Assembly: GCA_029856045.1 (NCBI GenBank)
Contig: JAHQWG010000028.1
Coordinates: forward strand, 160,001-224,000
Source of the DNA: Promethearchaeia archaeon
GTDB lineage: Archaea > Asgardarchaeota > Lokiarchaeia > Sigyniarchaeales > SOKP01
Length of the DNA: 64,000 bases
Direction of reading: 5' to 3'
Part shown: piece by piece, positions 20,284-30,950 of the stretch
Position numbering within the stretch: position 1 is the stretch's first letter
Layout of the letters: each line of letters opens with the position of its first letter
Notes under the pieces: model-generated
What the model saw: only the letters and a program-made list of their open reading frames with translations
Database searches by the model: none
Told to the model about the DNA's origin: nothing
Made by a program: the position numbers and the translations under genes

Positions 20284-21702
20284 GTGAAATATATGGCTGA
20301 AAGTAAAATAATGCGAAAATTTTCAAGAAAACAAAAATTATTTTGGGCTAGTGCTGCTTTCGGCGGCGCAATCATTTCTAATATTTATGGTGCTACATTA
20401 CAATACTTTTATCATGTTTATATGAACTTAGGAGCTTCTTGGATTGCACTATCTGCTTTATTGTATGCTATATGGAATGCCGTAAATGATCCATTATTCG
20501 GATTTTGGTCAGATAGAAGTCGCAGCAAAAAGGGTCGGCGTATCCCTTTCATGAGATATTCAGCACCATTTTTGGGATTAACTTTCATTTTAGTCTGGTT
20601 AGTTCCAATAGGTTTGGATCAAATTGGGATATTCATTTGGATGTTGGTGACCATGGCCCTTTACGATACATTCTACACAATTATCTTTTTAGTCTATTCA
20701 GCGCTTCTTCCAGAAATTACAGAAGATGAGAATGAAAGAGGGGCACTTCAAACGTATGGTTCTTTATTAACATTAGTGGGAATGATTTTAGGATTTGTTT
20801 TACCAGAGGTATTACGACCTCATGTAGGTCAAACAGATCTATTCCCCTTCTATATAGGAATGATGATTATAGGGATTATTGGTGCGTTGCTTATCTTGAT
20901 TACAACTTATAAGTTTAAAGAACGTCCAGAATTCACTCTAGTAGATATCCCTCTTAGTTTAAAAGATTCATTGAAATATACCTTTAAGAGTAAATCATTT
21001 ATAATATTAGTAAGTGCGAATTTTATGACTATTTTTATGCAACAACTACTGCTTAGCCACATTTTTTATTTAGCTGATTATGTTATGCAAGTTAGTTCGA
21101 TATTATTATTTTTATGTGTCATTATTGGACTTCTAGCTGGGACATTTGTTGCCAATATTCTTGCAGGTAAATTCGGTGTTGTTAAAGCTAATCAACTACT
21201 TTTGCTAATCGGTTCTATTCCTTTAATATTAATCTTTTTCGTTGATGGGGTCATTATATATGTCTTTCAAATCTTAGCTGGCTTTGGATTATCTGGTCCA
21301 TTAGTTTTAACAAATGTTCTCTTCGCACAAGTTTGTGATGAAGATGAAATAAGGTCAGGTGTTCGAAGAGAAGCTGCTTTCTTCGGAATAAATGCATTGG
21401 TTACAAAACCCGCTCAATCTCTCTCTTTAATAATAGGTCCATCGTTATTAACGATTGCGGGTTTTTTAACATCTCCGACAGGTGAAATTATTTTGTCACA
21501 ACCCACATCTGCATTATTGGCAATAAAAGCACTAGTTGGTTTAATTCCAGGATTAGCGGTATTAATTGGCGCAATAATCCTTATATGGTATCCTCTTAAA
21601 GGAGATTATCTGAAAGAAGTTAAACAGAAAATCCTTGATATACATGGTGAAAAAGAATTAAAATTAAAGGAATTACAATCAAAGAATATATCTAAAGAGT
21701 AG
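20284..21702 (+). CDS. MFS transporter, GPH/MelB family (start may be ATG 20293)
   Basis: WNAVNDPLFGFWSDR..GRRIPF, DEDE..RREAAFFG. Confidence 0.93.
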   Translation: MKYMAESKIMRKFSRKQKLFWASAAFGGAIISNIYGATLQYFYHVYMNLGASWIALSALLYAIWNAVNDPLFGFWSDRSRSKKGRRIPFMRYSAPFLGLTFILVWLVPIGLDQIGIFIWMLVTMALYDTFYTIIFLVYSALLPEITEDENERGALQTYGSLLTLVGMILGFVLPEVLRPHVGQTDLFPFYIGMMIIGIIGALLILITTYKFKERPEFTLVDIPLSLKDSLKYTFKSKSFIILVSANFMTIFMQQLLLSHIFYLADYVMQVSSILLFLCVIIGLLAGTFVANILAGKFGVVKANQLLLLIGSIPLILIFFVDGVIIYVFQILAGFGLSGPLVLTNVLFAQVCDEDEIRSGVRREAAFFGINALVTKPAQSLSLIIGPSLLTIAGFLTSPTGEIILSQPTSALLAIKALVGLIPGLAVLIGAIILIWYPLKGDYLKEVKQKILDIHGEKELKLKELQSKNISKE

Positions 21703-21948
21703 CGATATTAAGTAATAAAAAAAAACAAATCTATTTAAAATTTTAAATCTTTTTTTTTGATTTTTTCTTTTTTCTCATTAGATTAAAGTTTTTATTTACT
21801 TTATCTAATCTTATATTAAATTCTAAACGAATTATAATAAAAACTACAAAAACCGCTTTGAGTATTTTAAATTTAAAGGAATCTAAATGAGTCATACCAA
21901 ACAAAGAAAGATTTAGGAAAAATAGAAAATAAAAGAGCTGATATAAAA

Positions 21949-22920
21949 ATGAGTATTGATAATAACAAAAAAAAAATTTTTATGATTACTTTTCTTATAT
22001 CATATAAATGCACTAATGAATGCAAGCATTGTGCGCTTCTAGGATCACCAAATCAAGACGAAATTACAATAAAATTAGAGGATGTAAAAAGCTATTTAGA
22101 AGACTTAACATCAAATTATATAGTTGAAGAAGTCGGTTTTTTTGGAGGAGAACCTCTACTTAATTTTAATTTACTAGTTAGCCTCATTGAAGAAGTGAAG
22201 AGATTTGATATTACAAAGATTGGATTACCAACGAATGGATATTGGGGAAAAAGTGATTTAATTGCTAAGAAATATGCCCTAAAGTTAAAAGAAGCGGGAT
22301 TATATCGCATTGGTTTTAGCGTTGACGCATTTCATCAAGAATTTATTTCGCTCGATGTCGTAAGGCGAGCAATAAAAGCTGCTCATGAAGTTGGGATTGA
22401 ATGGATAGCTTTGATGCCCAAATATCTAGGATCGGAAAATGAAAAAAATCTTTTTAATGAACAAACTAAAAGTATGATTGATGTTCTTTCAAAAGAGTTT
22501 GAGTTTTGCGAGGTAATAAAGAGTGAGGTAATAGTGACAGGTCGAGCCACACAAGAACTATCAAAATATTACTCAATGAACGCAATACCCTCAGATAAAT
22601 GCCTTATTCTTAAGACTCCGGTGTTTTCAATTGATCCAAATGGATGGGTTTCTCATCAATCGTGTCATGGAATTTGTATCGGGAATGCCAAGAAAAAATC
22701 TGTGTCTGAAATAATAAGTGAGTATAACTATAGAAAACATCCGATAATAGGTAAGTTAGTAGCTAAGGGAGGACCTAAAAATCTTCTTGAAATCGCGATT
22801 GAAAAAGGATATAAGCCTCAAAATGGATATGTGGATAAATGTCACCTCTGCTTTTGTGCGCGGAATTTTCTCCGTCCTTTTTATCCAAATATCCTCGAAC
22901 CTTCAAATTTGTACTTTTAA
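21949..22920 (+). CDS. Radical SAM protein with C-terminal SPASM/twitch-like cysteines
   Basis: CTNECKHC, FGGEPLL, TNGYW, SVDAFH, C-terminal CHLC. Confidence 0.9.
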   Translation: MSIDNNKKKIFMITFLISYKCTNECKHCALLGSPNQDEITIKLEDVKSYLEDLTSNYIVEEVGFFGGEPLLNFNLLVSLIEEVKRFDITKIGLPTNGYWGKSDLIAKKYALKLKEAGLYRIGFSVDAFHQEFISLDVVRRAIKAAHEVGIEWIALMPKYLGSENEKNLFNEQTKSMIDVLSKEFEFCEVIKSEVIVTGRATQELSKYYSMNAIPSDKCLILKTPVFSIDPNGWVSHQSCHGICIGNAKKKSVSEIISEYNYRKHPIIGKLVAKGGPKNLLEIAIEKGYKPQNGYVDKCHLCFCARNFLRPFYPNILEPSNLYF

Positions 22921-22963
22921 AAAAAATTAAACCTTTTATTTCTTTTTATCTAATCTTATAATT

Positions 22964-24478
22964 ATGACTTTAATACAAAAATTACAAAATATTGTTACTG
23001 AAAAATTTGCTTCTGATGATATTTACGTGCGCCATGCTTACAGTCGTAATGTACATCCGGATTTACAAGGCGTTCCAGAATATGTAGTTAGACCAAAAGA
23101 TGCTAAGGAAATATCAGAAATCCTAAAAGTAGCCAATGAAGAAAATATTCCCGTTATACCACGTGGTGGTGGAGATTGTGAATGGGGAGGCAGTATAGCA
23201 ACTGGAGATGTCGGAATTATCTTAGATATGAAGAGAATGGATAATATCATGAATCTTGATGAAGAGAATCTTATTTGCACGGTAGAGGCTGGAATTTCAT
23301 GGGGAAAATTAAATGAATATTTATCTCGGTTTGGACTTTATACTGGTTGTATGGGTCCAGGAAGTGGTTTAACTGCTTCAATTGGTGGTGGAATCTCTCA
23401 TCACTCTGTAGGTGCTGGTGGGTGCGCTAAATATGGAGCTTGCACAAACCAACTCGTCTCTTTGGAAGTAGTCCTTCCCACAGGTGAAATAATTGAGACA
23501 GGATCTCAAGCTAATAAATTTTCAAAGTTTCCCTTCAACAGATTTGGCAACGGACCTGATCTGGCAGGATTATTTTGTGGAGATAACGGAATTTATGGTG
23601 TTAAAACTAAGGTTTCCTTACAAGTATTTCCAAAACCTCCCTTTGCGAATTATAAAACATTTCTGTGTCCGCGGAATTCAGCTGAAGTTGCTGCTCAAAT
23701 TTTTACTGAAATAAGACAAAAAGGAATAGATGTTTATGATGCCATGTATATTGATGAGATCCTTATAAAACTTGGTACTAATACATTCGGAATGTATCCA
23801 ATGTTTGAGCATCTAAAAAGAAAAAGGGGTATAGTCTTTTATGTCGTAGAAGCAAATTCTGAACAAGAATTAGAAGAAAAAATTAAACAATTGGATAATA
23901 TTCTTTTAAGTAATAAAGCCGAAGAGTTGGGTTCAGAGATTGCGGATGGCAATTTCGCAAAATGGCATTATACCGAAGGACAATGGCAGACATATCATAA
24001 TTGCTGGGGAATTATACCCACTTTTGAAAATATTACCACGGAATGCTTTACACCAATAAAATCTTTTCCTAAAATTCTCAAAGATATCGAAGTATGGGAT
24101 ATAGAAAATGAAGAAAACATGAAAAAAATCGAGGAAATAGCGGGATTTCGTCCAATTAGTGGGACTGGAGTTGTTCCATTGGTTGATGGTAATAATGTAG
24201 AATTAACTTGCGGATTTACCACTTTTGGTTGTTATCATGATGGAGAATACCATGAAATTATCAAAGATATCAATCTTAAATTGTGGAAATCATTTTTAAC
24301 CTTGGTTTTAAAACATGGCGTCCAATTTTATATGATGGGTAGCATTCCCTCTCGTCTTATGGTTGAAATTGGTGCCTATACTTCAGAATATTATAACCTT
24401 ATGAAATCGATTAAAAAAACCCTCGATCCACACATGATTTTAAGTCGTGGGAAATTTAATTTTTGGGAGGATGATTAA
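22964..24478 (+). CDS. FAD-binding oxidoreductase (paralog A)
   Basis: PEYVVRP, VIPRGGG, ILDMKRM, VEAG, EVVLPTGE, LDPHMILSRG. Confidence 0.9.
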   Translation: MTLIQKLQNIVTEKFASDDIYVRHAYSRNVHPDLQGVPEYVVRPKDAKEISEILKVANEENIPVIPRGGGDCEWGGSIATGDVGIILDMKRMDNIMNLDEENLICTVEAGISWGKLNEYLSRFGLYTGCMGPGSGLTASIGGGISHHSVGAGGCAKYGACTNQLVSLEVVLPTGEIIETGSQANKFSKFPFNRFGNGPDLAGLFCGDNGIYGVKTKVSLQVFPKPPFANYKTFLCPRNSAEVAAQIFTEIRQKGIDVYDAMYIDEILIKLGTNTFGMYPMFEHLKRKRGIVFYVVEANSEQELEEKIKQLDNILLSNKAEELGSEIADGNFAKWHYTEGQWQTYHNCWGIIPTFENITTECFTPIKSFPKILKDIEVWDIENEENMKKIEEIAGFRPISGTGVVPLVDGNNVELTCGFTTFGCYHDGEYHEIIKDINLKLWKSFLTLVLKHGVQFYMMGSIPSRLMVEIGAYTSEYYNLMKSIKKTLDPHMILSRGKFNFWEDD

Positions 24479-24481
24479 AAG

Positions 24482-25705
24482 ATGAGCAAAATAGAAAATT
24501 TAAAAAAGCAATGGGAAGCTATTATGTCCTGCATGGGGTGCGGTGATTGTGGCTTTGCCATAAGACCAGCGGTGGGGAGATATTTGGTCTGTCCTGTAAA
24601 AGAAGCCAAAGGAGAAGAAGGTTTTGAAATTTGGTTTGCCCGAGGTAGAATGAATGTTCTTAAAAGTATTTTGGAGGGGAAACTCGAATTAAGTAAAGAT
24701 TTAGCGGAGTTTGCTTATCAGTGCTCTGAATGTGGCTCTTGTACGGACACGTGTCATGAAACACATAATCCATATATTATCCTTAATACCTCAAAATGGA
24801 TTGACCATGTAGAAGTATGGCACGCTTTAAGGCAAGATTTAATTAAAGCAGGTTTTGCGCCACTTGACCGCCATGCCAAATTAATTGAATACATGAATAA
24901 TCCAGATATGAGAAATCCTTATGGTGAGCCTAAAGAGAAAAAGTTTGAGTGGCTCAATGATGTTAAAGGAGTTTCTAAAACAGGGGATCTCGCTTTTTAT
25001 GCTGGTTGCACTGAACCACTAAGACAAAAGGAAACCTTATTAAATCTAGCCAAAATTTTCAATGCCGCAGGTAAAGAATTTGCTGTTATAGAAGATGAAT
25101 GGTGCTGTGGGTCTATTTCAATACGTATTGGGGATATTGAAGCTGTTAAACCTAATATTGAACATAATATTGAACAGATTAAAAAAACTGGAGCAAAAAA
25201 GGTATTTGTGGCTTGTGCAGGATGTTATAGGACTTTAAAAAAGGACTGGCCTGAAATATTTGGTCAAGATTTGCCGTTTGAAGTTGTTAATGTTACAGAA
25301 GTTCTCTTAGATCTAATCAACAATGAAAGTTTAAAAATTCCTGAAAAGGATACAGAAGTAATAAAAGTTGCCTATCATGACCCTTGTCATTTAGGACGGC
25401 ATATGGATTTTTACGAACCACCTCGAGAAGTTATTGCAAAAATACCAAATACAGAAATGATTGAATTAAGGCGAAATAGAAATAATGCTTGGTGTTGTGG
25501 CGCTGGAGGTGGAGTAAAAAGTCAATTTCCTGAATTGGCTTTGGATATTGCAAAAGATAGAATTGATGAGGCAGTTGAGTCCGGTATAGATATATTGCTT
25601 ACAGAATGTCCATTTTGTGTCGGAAATTTAGCAGATAGTGTAAAAAAAGAAAACACAAATATGAAAGTATTAGATATCATTGATTACATTGCTACAAAAA
25701 TATAA
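24482..25705 (+). CDS. Fe-S oxidoreductase with CCG domains (GlpC/HdrD-like)
   Basis: CMGCGDC, CSECGSCTDTC, WCCG, YHDPCHLGR, CCGAGGG, ECPFC; GGAGG SD upstream. Confidence 0.9.
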   Translation: MSKIENLKKQWEAIMSCMGCGDCGFAIRPAVGRYLVCPVKEAKGEEGFEIWFARGRMNVLKSILEGKLELSKDLAEFAYQCSECGSCTDTCHETHNPYIILNTSKWIDHVEVWHALRQDLIKAGFAPLDRHAKLIEYMNNPDMRNPYGEPKEKKFEWLNDVKGVSKTGDLAFYAGCTEPLRQKETLLNLAKIFNAAGKEFAVIEDEWCCGSISIRIGDIEAVKPNIEHNIEQIKKTGAKKVFVACAGCYRTLKKDWPEIFGQDLPFEVVNVTEVLLDLINNESLKIPEKDTEVIKVAYHDPCHLGRHMDFYEPPREVIAKIPNTEMIELRRNRNNAWCCGAGGGVKSQFPELALDIAKDRIDEAVESGIDILLTECPFCVGNLADSVKKENTNMKVLDIIDYIATKI

Positions 25706-25763
25706 AATATTTAAATCAAATTTTATTTTTAAAATTTTTTAAGATTTTTCTAAGGAATGAAAT

Positions 25764-27269
25764 ATGTCTGAAGTATATCAAAAATTAAAAAAAATCGTTT
25801 CAGAAAAATTTGTATCGAATGATCTATATATGCGACATGCTTATAGTCGCAATGTCGATCCTGTTCTGCAGGGGATCCCTGAATATGTAGTAAGACCTAA
25901 AGACGCCAAGGAAATCTCTGAAATTTTAAAAATAGTAAATGAAGAGAATATACCTGTAATTCCACGAGGAGCTGGATGCTGTGAGTTTGGAGGAAGTAAA
26001 CCGATTGGAGATGGAGGAATTGTTTTAGATATGAAAAGAATGGAAAATATAATCAATTTAGATGAAGAAAATCTTATTATTACTGTCGAAGCGGGAATAT
26101 CTTGGTCAAAATTAAATGAATATTTATCTCAATTTGGGCTTTACACAGGATGTATGGGTCCAGGAAGTGGTTTGACCGCTTCTGTTGGAGGAGGTATCTC
26201 ACATCACTCTGTTGGTGGAGGGGGCTGTGCAAAGTATGGAGCCTGTACAAATCAACTCGTTTCCTTGGAGATTGTTCTTCCAACTGGAGAAATAATTGAA
26301 ACTGGTTCTCAAGCTAATAAATATTCGAAGTTTCCATTCAATCGATTTGGTAATGGACCTGACCTAGCAAGTTTATTCTGTGGAGATAATGGAATCTTTG
26401 GGGTTAAGACAAAAGTTTCATTGCAAGTATTTCCTAGACCAGATTTTGCCAATTATAAGACTTTTTTACTACCCCGAAAATCAGTTGAAGCATCCGTTAA
26501 TATTTTCACAGAAATAAGAAAGAAGGGAGTTGATGTTTATGATGCAATATATATTATGGATCTTCTGGTATCAGTTGGCTGTCAATATGGTTTATTTCCC
26601 TTGTGGGATAACTTAAAAAGAAAGCGTGGGGTCTTTTTTTATGTTATAGAAGCAAATTCAGAGGTAGAATTGGAGGAAAAAACAAAACAATTAGACAATA
26701 TTCTTTTAACTAATAAAGCCGAAGAGTTGGGTCCAGAGATTGCGGATGGCAATTTCGCAAAATGGCATTATACAGAACAGGGGCATTGGCTCTTTGCTCA
26801 TAATTTATGGGGTGTAGTCCCCGGATTTGAGCCATTAGATGCGGAGTGCCATACTCCAATTAATTCTTATCCAGCAATCTTGAAAGATTTAGATCAATGG
26901 GATCAGGAGCATTCTGAGGAAATGAATATGATTTTAGAGATTGCAGGATTCCGTCCTATTACTGGTAGTGGTCCAATCATTTTAATTGATGGCAATAATG
27001 TTGAATTTACTTGCGGATTTACGAGTTTTGCAAGTTATATTGATGGTAAGTATTATGATATTATTAGAGAGACAAACATTAAATTATGGAAATCAATATT
27101 GGAAAGGGTTACAAAGTGGGGAGTTCAATGGTATATGATGGGTGAGATAATGAGCAGGTTGATGATCGAAATTGGAGCATATTCAGAAGAATATTATAAT
27201 TTTCTGAAATCGATAAAGAAGACTCTCGATCCCAATTTGATTTTAAGTAGAGGGAAATTCAATTTTTAA
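25764..27269 (+). CDS. FAD-binding oxidoreductase (paralog B)
   Basis: Collinear with and highly similar to 22964-24478, at an offset of 2800 nt over the first two-thirds. Confidence 0.9.
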   Translation: MSEVYQKLKKIVSEKFVSNDLYMRHAYSRNVDPVLQGIPEYVVRPKDAKEISEILKIVNEENIPVIPRGAGCCEFGGSKPIGDGGIVLDMKRMENIINLDEENLIITVEAGISWSKLNEYLSQFGLYTGCMGPGSGLTASVGGGISHHSVGGGGCAKYGACTNQLVSLEIVLPTGEIIETGSQANKYSKFPFNRFGNGPDLASLFCGDNGIFGVKTKVSLQVFPRPDFANYKTFLLPRKSVEASVNIFTEIRKKGVDVYDAIYIMDLLVSVGCQYGLFPLWDNLKRKRGVFFYVIEANSEVELEEKTKQLDNILLTNKAEELGPEIADGNFAKWHYTEQGHWLFAHNLWGVVPGFEPLDAECHTPINSYPAILKDLDQWDQEHSEEMNMILEIAGFRPITGSGPIILIDGNNVEFTCGFTSFASYIDGKYYDIIRETNIKLWKSILERVTKWGVQWYMMGEIMSRLMIEIGAYSEEYYNFLKSIKKTLDPNLILSRGKFNF

Positions 27270-27441
27270 GGAAATTAACTCTTTTAATTTTTTTTTAAAG
27301 AAAAAATTAAAAATTATTATAATCCATATCAGTAAATATAAAAAAAGTAATTATACTCAATATTATGATCTATAAAGAAATTGTTTAGATTATTTTTGAT
27401 ATTTTTTTGATAAAATTAATTATTATATAGGGAAAGAAATC

Positions 27442-29298
27442 ATGATTCCAAAAAAAATGGACGCTTATCTTCGTTCTCATCTTCCTAAGGCAGCGATTAT
27501 GAATCGGCTTAAAAAAGAGGATGGGAAATGTTATTTGGAATTTAGTCATACAGATGAACACCTTTTATCCGGTATAGGAATTGTTTGCGATAAAATAGGT
27601 CCGGACCTTGTTGCATGTATATGGGATGAGAAATCAGAATTAGAAATTGGTGGGTATTTAGTAGTTGATAACCTTTCAATGGGGCGCCCGTCAATGGGTG
27701 GTATTAGAATGTTACCAAATGTCTCTCCGTCAGATATCTATAATTTAGCGCGAGGTATGACTTTAAAAAATGGAGCTGCTAATCTTCCCTATGGCGGTGG
27801 AAAATTAGGGATTGTAGCTGAAAGCAATCTCTCACCTGAGGAACATGTTGAAGTGGTGCGAGTCATTGCTCGCTTAATTCGCCGTTATAGAGATGTTTAT
27901 GTTCCGGGACCTGATGTTGGTACTAATGATGCTGATATGAAGACTATTGCTATAGAAAATGGATTGGATAGTGCTGTATCTAAACCTGCGGATATGGGTG
28001 GCAACAGAATTGATGAACTTGGTGCTGCTGCTGGTGGGGTAATTATTGCTCTGCAAACATTACTGGAAATAATGCCTAGGTTGAGAGTGCTTCCACAATT
28101 TGTAAATTTAGAAATTCCAGAATCTAAAGATCTTGAAATATTAATACAAGGTTTTGGTGCTGTTGGCGCACATGCAGCACGAATTTTGAAAGAACGTATT
28201 CCTGAAGCCAAAATAATAGGTATAAGTGATTTGGAGGGTTATTTATATAACAAATCTGGCCTTCCAATTGAGGACCTTTTCAAATTATGGAGAGAACAGG
28301 GGTTAGTTACTAATGCTTATTTTAAAGAGCATATAATCTTGGAGGGATATAAGTATCCTACTAAATTTTCTACAAATCCAAATAATCTACTTCTCGAAAA
28401 TGCTTTTTGTTTAGTGCCTGCCGCTCCTATATTTAATTATCTGGGTGTTCATCCATCTGAAAATGCATCAACAACAGTTGATCATGTGGGAAACTGGACA
28501 GTAATTATTGAAGGTGCAAATACTTACTCCCCAGATCCAAACAGAAAAGCTGCTCGAACCCGAATGGAACAAATTGTGTACCGTGAAAAAGGTGTGATGA
28601 TAGCAAATGATTATTTGGTAAATTCAGGTGGTGTAATTTTTGCTGCGCAAGAACATATTGTAAAGACACCAGACTATTTACAAGTTCCCGAGGAAATGTT
28701 AGGTGATCGTAAAGTAGTGGAAAAATGGCTAACAGATCACATTAAAGAATTTGCTGAACTGTCAAAACAACGTTTGAAAGCAGGAGAGGAATATAGAGAA
28801 AATGTTATTCACCATAACATGATAGAATTGGTTGATTTATTAGTATCACACCCAGATATGCTCCCTTGTGTAGCTGCTGAGCGTATCAGCCTTCAACGTC
28901 TCACCGCAAAAGAAAGTGAACGCACAGCAAAAGATATCATGATTCCTATTCCCACCATTGATGTTAATAGCAATATACAAGAGGCTTCTACATTGATCAT
29001 TGAAACAAATAGTAGTATTATAGCTGTACTTTCTGAAGATAAGCTTGTAGGAGTGGTAACAGTATGGGATATTACTAAATCTAATGCTGATGAAGTTGGT
29101 GGTGTTAATCTTGATAAAATAATGACAAAGGATGTTATTTCAGCCTCTCCAGATTTTACTATTCTGGACATTGTGCGGGGATTTGAACAACATCAAATTT
29201 CAGCTATGCCAGTAGTTAAAGAAGGAAAGGTCTTAGGTAAAGTTAGTTCAGACCTGATTGCGCAACGATATCTTCAACATTTATTGCAGGATCATTAA
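27442..29298 (+). CDS. Glu/Leu/Phe/Val dehydrogenase with C-terminal CBS pair
   Basis: GGIRM, LARGMTLK, GGGK, GPDVGT, QGFGAVG, EGAN, DYLVNSGGV; CBS motifs LVGVVT..DI and MPVV..GKVLG. Confidence 0.88.
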   Translation: MIPKKMDAYLRSHLPKAAIMNRLKKEDGKCYLEFSHTDEHLLSGIGIVCDKIGPDLVACIWDEKSELEIGGYLVVDNLSMGRPSMGGIRMLPNVSPSDIYNLARGMTLKNGAANLPYGGGKLGIVAESNLSPEEHVEVVRVIARLIRRYRDVYVPGPDVGTNDADMKTIAIENGLDSAVSKPADMGGNRIDELGAAAGGVIIALQTLLEIMPRLRVLPQFVNLEIPESKDLEILIQGFGAVGAHAARILKERIPEAKIIGISDLEGYLYNKSGLPIEDLFKLWREQGLVTNAYFKEHIILEGYKYPTKFSTNPNNLLLENAFCLVPAAPIFNYLGVHPSENASTTVDHVGNWTVIIEGANTYSPDPNRKAARTRMEQIVYREKGVMIANDYLVNSGGVIFAAQEHIVKTPDYLQVPEEMLGDRKVVEKWLTDHIKEFAELSKQRLKAGEEYRENVIHHNMIELVDLLVSHPDMLPCVAAERISLQRLTAKESERTAKDIMIPIPTIDVNSNIQEASTLIIETNSSIIAVLSEDKLVGVVTVWDITKSNADEVGGVNLDKIMTKDVISASPDFTILDIVRGFEQHQISAMPVVKEGKVLGKVSSDLIAQRYLQHLLQDH

Positions 29299-29455
29299 AA
29301 CTTTTTAATTTTACTTAAATCAATCATTTTCTTTTCCTTTAGATATTTATATACTAAAGGTAAATTAATTTAGAATAATAAATCAAGACTCCCTAAGCAA
29401 TTACAAAAAATATTAATAATATTTATTTTTTATTCACAATTTAATAAATCGGGTT

Positions 29456-30145
29456 ATGAATAAATTAGAACAATATTTACAACCAACTGAATTTTTTAAT
29501 TTTAATAAGCGTAATGTTAGAGAGAAAGCCCTTGAAATCACAAAAGGTTTAAAAACTGATAAAGAGAAAGCGATTGCTCTCTTTTATTGGGTTAGAGACA
29601 AAATAAAATACAATATGATGGCATTTTACATGCGTAAAAACAATTTCAAGGCAAGTATAACTATACGAAGACTAAATGGTTTTTGCGTCTCCAAAGCAAT
29701 TTTATTGTCTACATTAGCGAGAGCTGTCGGAATACCAGCCAAACTTCATATAGTTGACATTATAAATCATCTAGTTCCTAAAAGAATTGTGGAATTAATG
29801 GGGACAAATGTATTTTATTTTCATGGATATTCCGAACTCTATCTTAATGGTAAATGGGTTAAGGCTACACCTGTATTTGATAAAGATACTGCCCTTAAAG
29901 CTGGATTTTTACCAATGGTTGAATTTGATGGAGAAAATGACGGACTTCTTGCTCCTTATGATGTAAATGGAAATATTTTCGTAGAATATGTCGGAGATAG
30001 GGGTGTACATATTGATTTTCCTTATGATGATATTGAAATCGAATTTAACAAAAATTATGGTAACATTATAGATATGATTGAAAAAGGATTTCCTAGTCTA
30101 AAACCCCTTAAGAAAGGCACACCTGAATCAAACTTAACAATTTAA
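29456..30145 (+). CDS. Transglutaminase-like protein
   Basis: LFYWVRD, GFCVSKAILL..LARAVGIPA, HGYSELYLNGKWV. Confidence 0.88.
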   Translation: MNKLEQYLQPTEFFNFNKRNVREKALEITKGLKTDKEKAIALFYWVRDKIKYNMMAFYMRKNNFKASITIRRLNGFCVSKAILLSTLARAVGIPAKLHIVDIINHLVPKRIVELMGTNVFYFHGYSELYLNGKWVKATPVFDKDTALKAGFLPMVEFDGENDGLLAPYDVNGNIFVEYVGDRGVHIDFPYDDIEIEFNKNYGNIIDMIEKGFPSLKPLKKGTPESNLTI

Positions 30146-30181
30146 AAAATGAATTTCTAATTTTAGTTATTTTAAAGCCAA

Positions 30182-30916
30182 TTATTTACTTGTTTTTTTA
30201 ATCATTATTATTCCAACCGGAATTATCCAAAGAAATATCGAAATCATAAGCATCCACTCCCAAAATGGTTTTGATGGGGGAAAATTTAATAAAAATATTA
30301 TCGCTATAATAGTTGGTCCAAAAATCATATAAATTCCTAGAAACCGGCGAATCATCATTGGATAAAATGTGATTAATAATCCAAAAAAAATACCAGAAAT
30401 AACAAACCCACTAAATACAATAATCGAAAACATCATATGTAAACCCAATGGTGTTGTACGGTCTTCAGAAAATAATCCGATCCCAAAAAACCCCACTATT
30501 CCGAAAAGCATCCATAGAAAACCGAGACTACTTAATCGAAATCTCATTCGAGAATATTCTTGTAAATCTTTTGCATCCTTTGGGAGTGGTGCAAATTGTT
30601 TTTCCATATAAAATAAAATGGGGATTAATAAAAATGCTGAAATCATGGCTCCATAGTCCAAAAAATAAGGTAAAGGAGTGTGATTAAATGATCCAAGATC
30701 ACTTATATAATTATCAATAATATTATAACCATCAGGGTCAAATTGAGCAACAATCACACCTATAATTAATGCAGAAAGAAAAATTACATTTACTCCAATA
30801 GTCGAAATCCTAACAATTTTAGGAGTCGTTAAAGAAACTTCAGTTTTTTCTTCTTTTTTTTGCAACCAATCGAAAAAATTATTAATTTTCATTTTAAACT
30901 TGTCATTTTTACTCAA
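30182..30916 (-). CDS. DUF998/Frag1-like membrane protein
   Basis: YNIIDNYISDLG, GLFSED, LH, WEW; five TM segments. Confidence 0.8.
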   Translation of the reverse strand: MSKNDKFKMKINNFFDWLQKKEEKTEVSLTTPKIVRISTIGVNVIFLSALIIGVIVAQFDPDGYNIIDNYISDLGSFNHTPLPYFLDYGAMISAFLLIPILFYMEKQFAPLPKDAKDLQEYSRMRFRLSSLGFLWMLFGIVGFFGIGLFSEDRTTPLGLHMMFSIIVFSGFVISGIFFGLLITFYPMMIRRFLGIYMIFGPTIIAIIFLLNFPPSKPFWEWMLMISIFLWIIPVGIIMIKKTSK

Positions 30917-30950
30917 CTATTTCTCCTCTCTAATGTTTTATCTTTTATTT

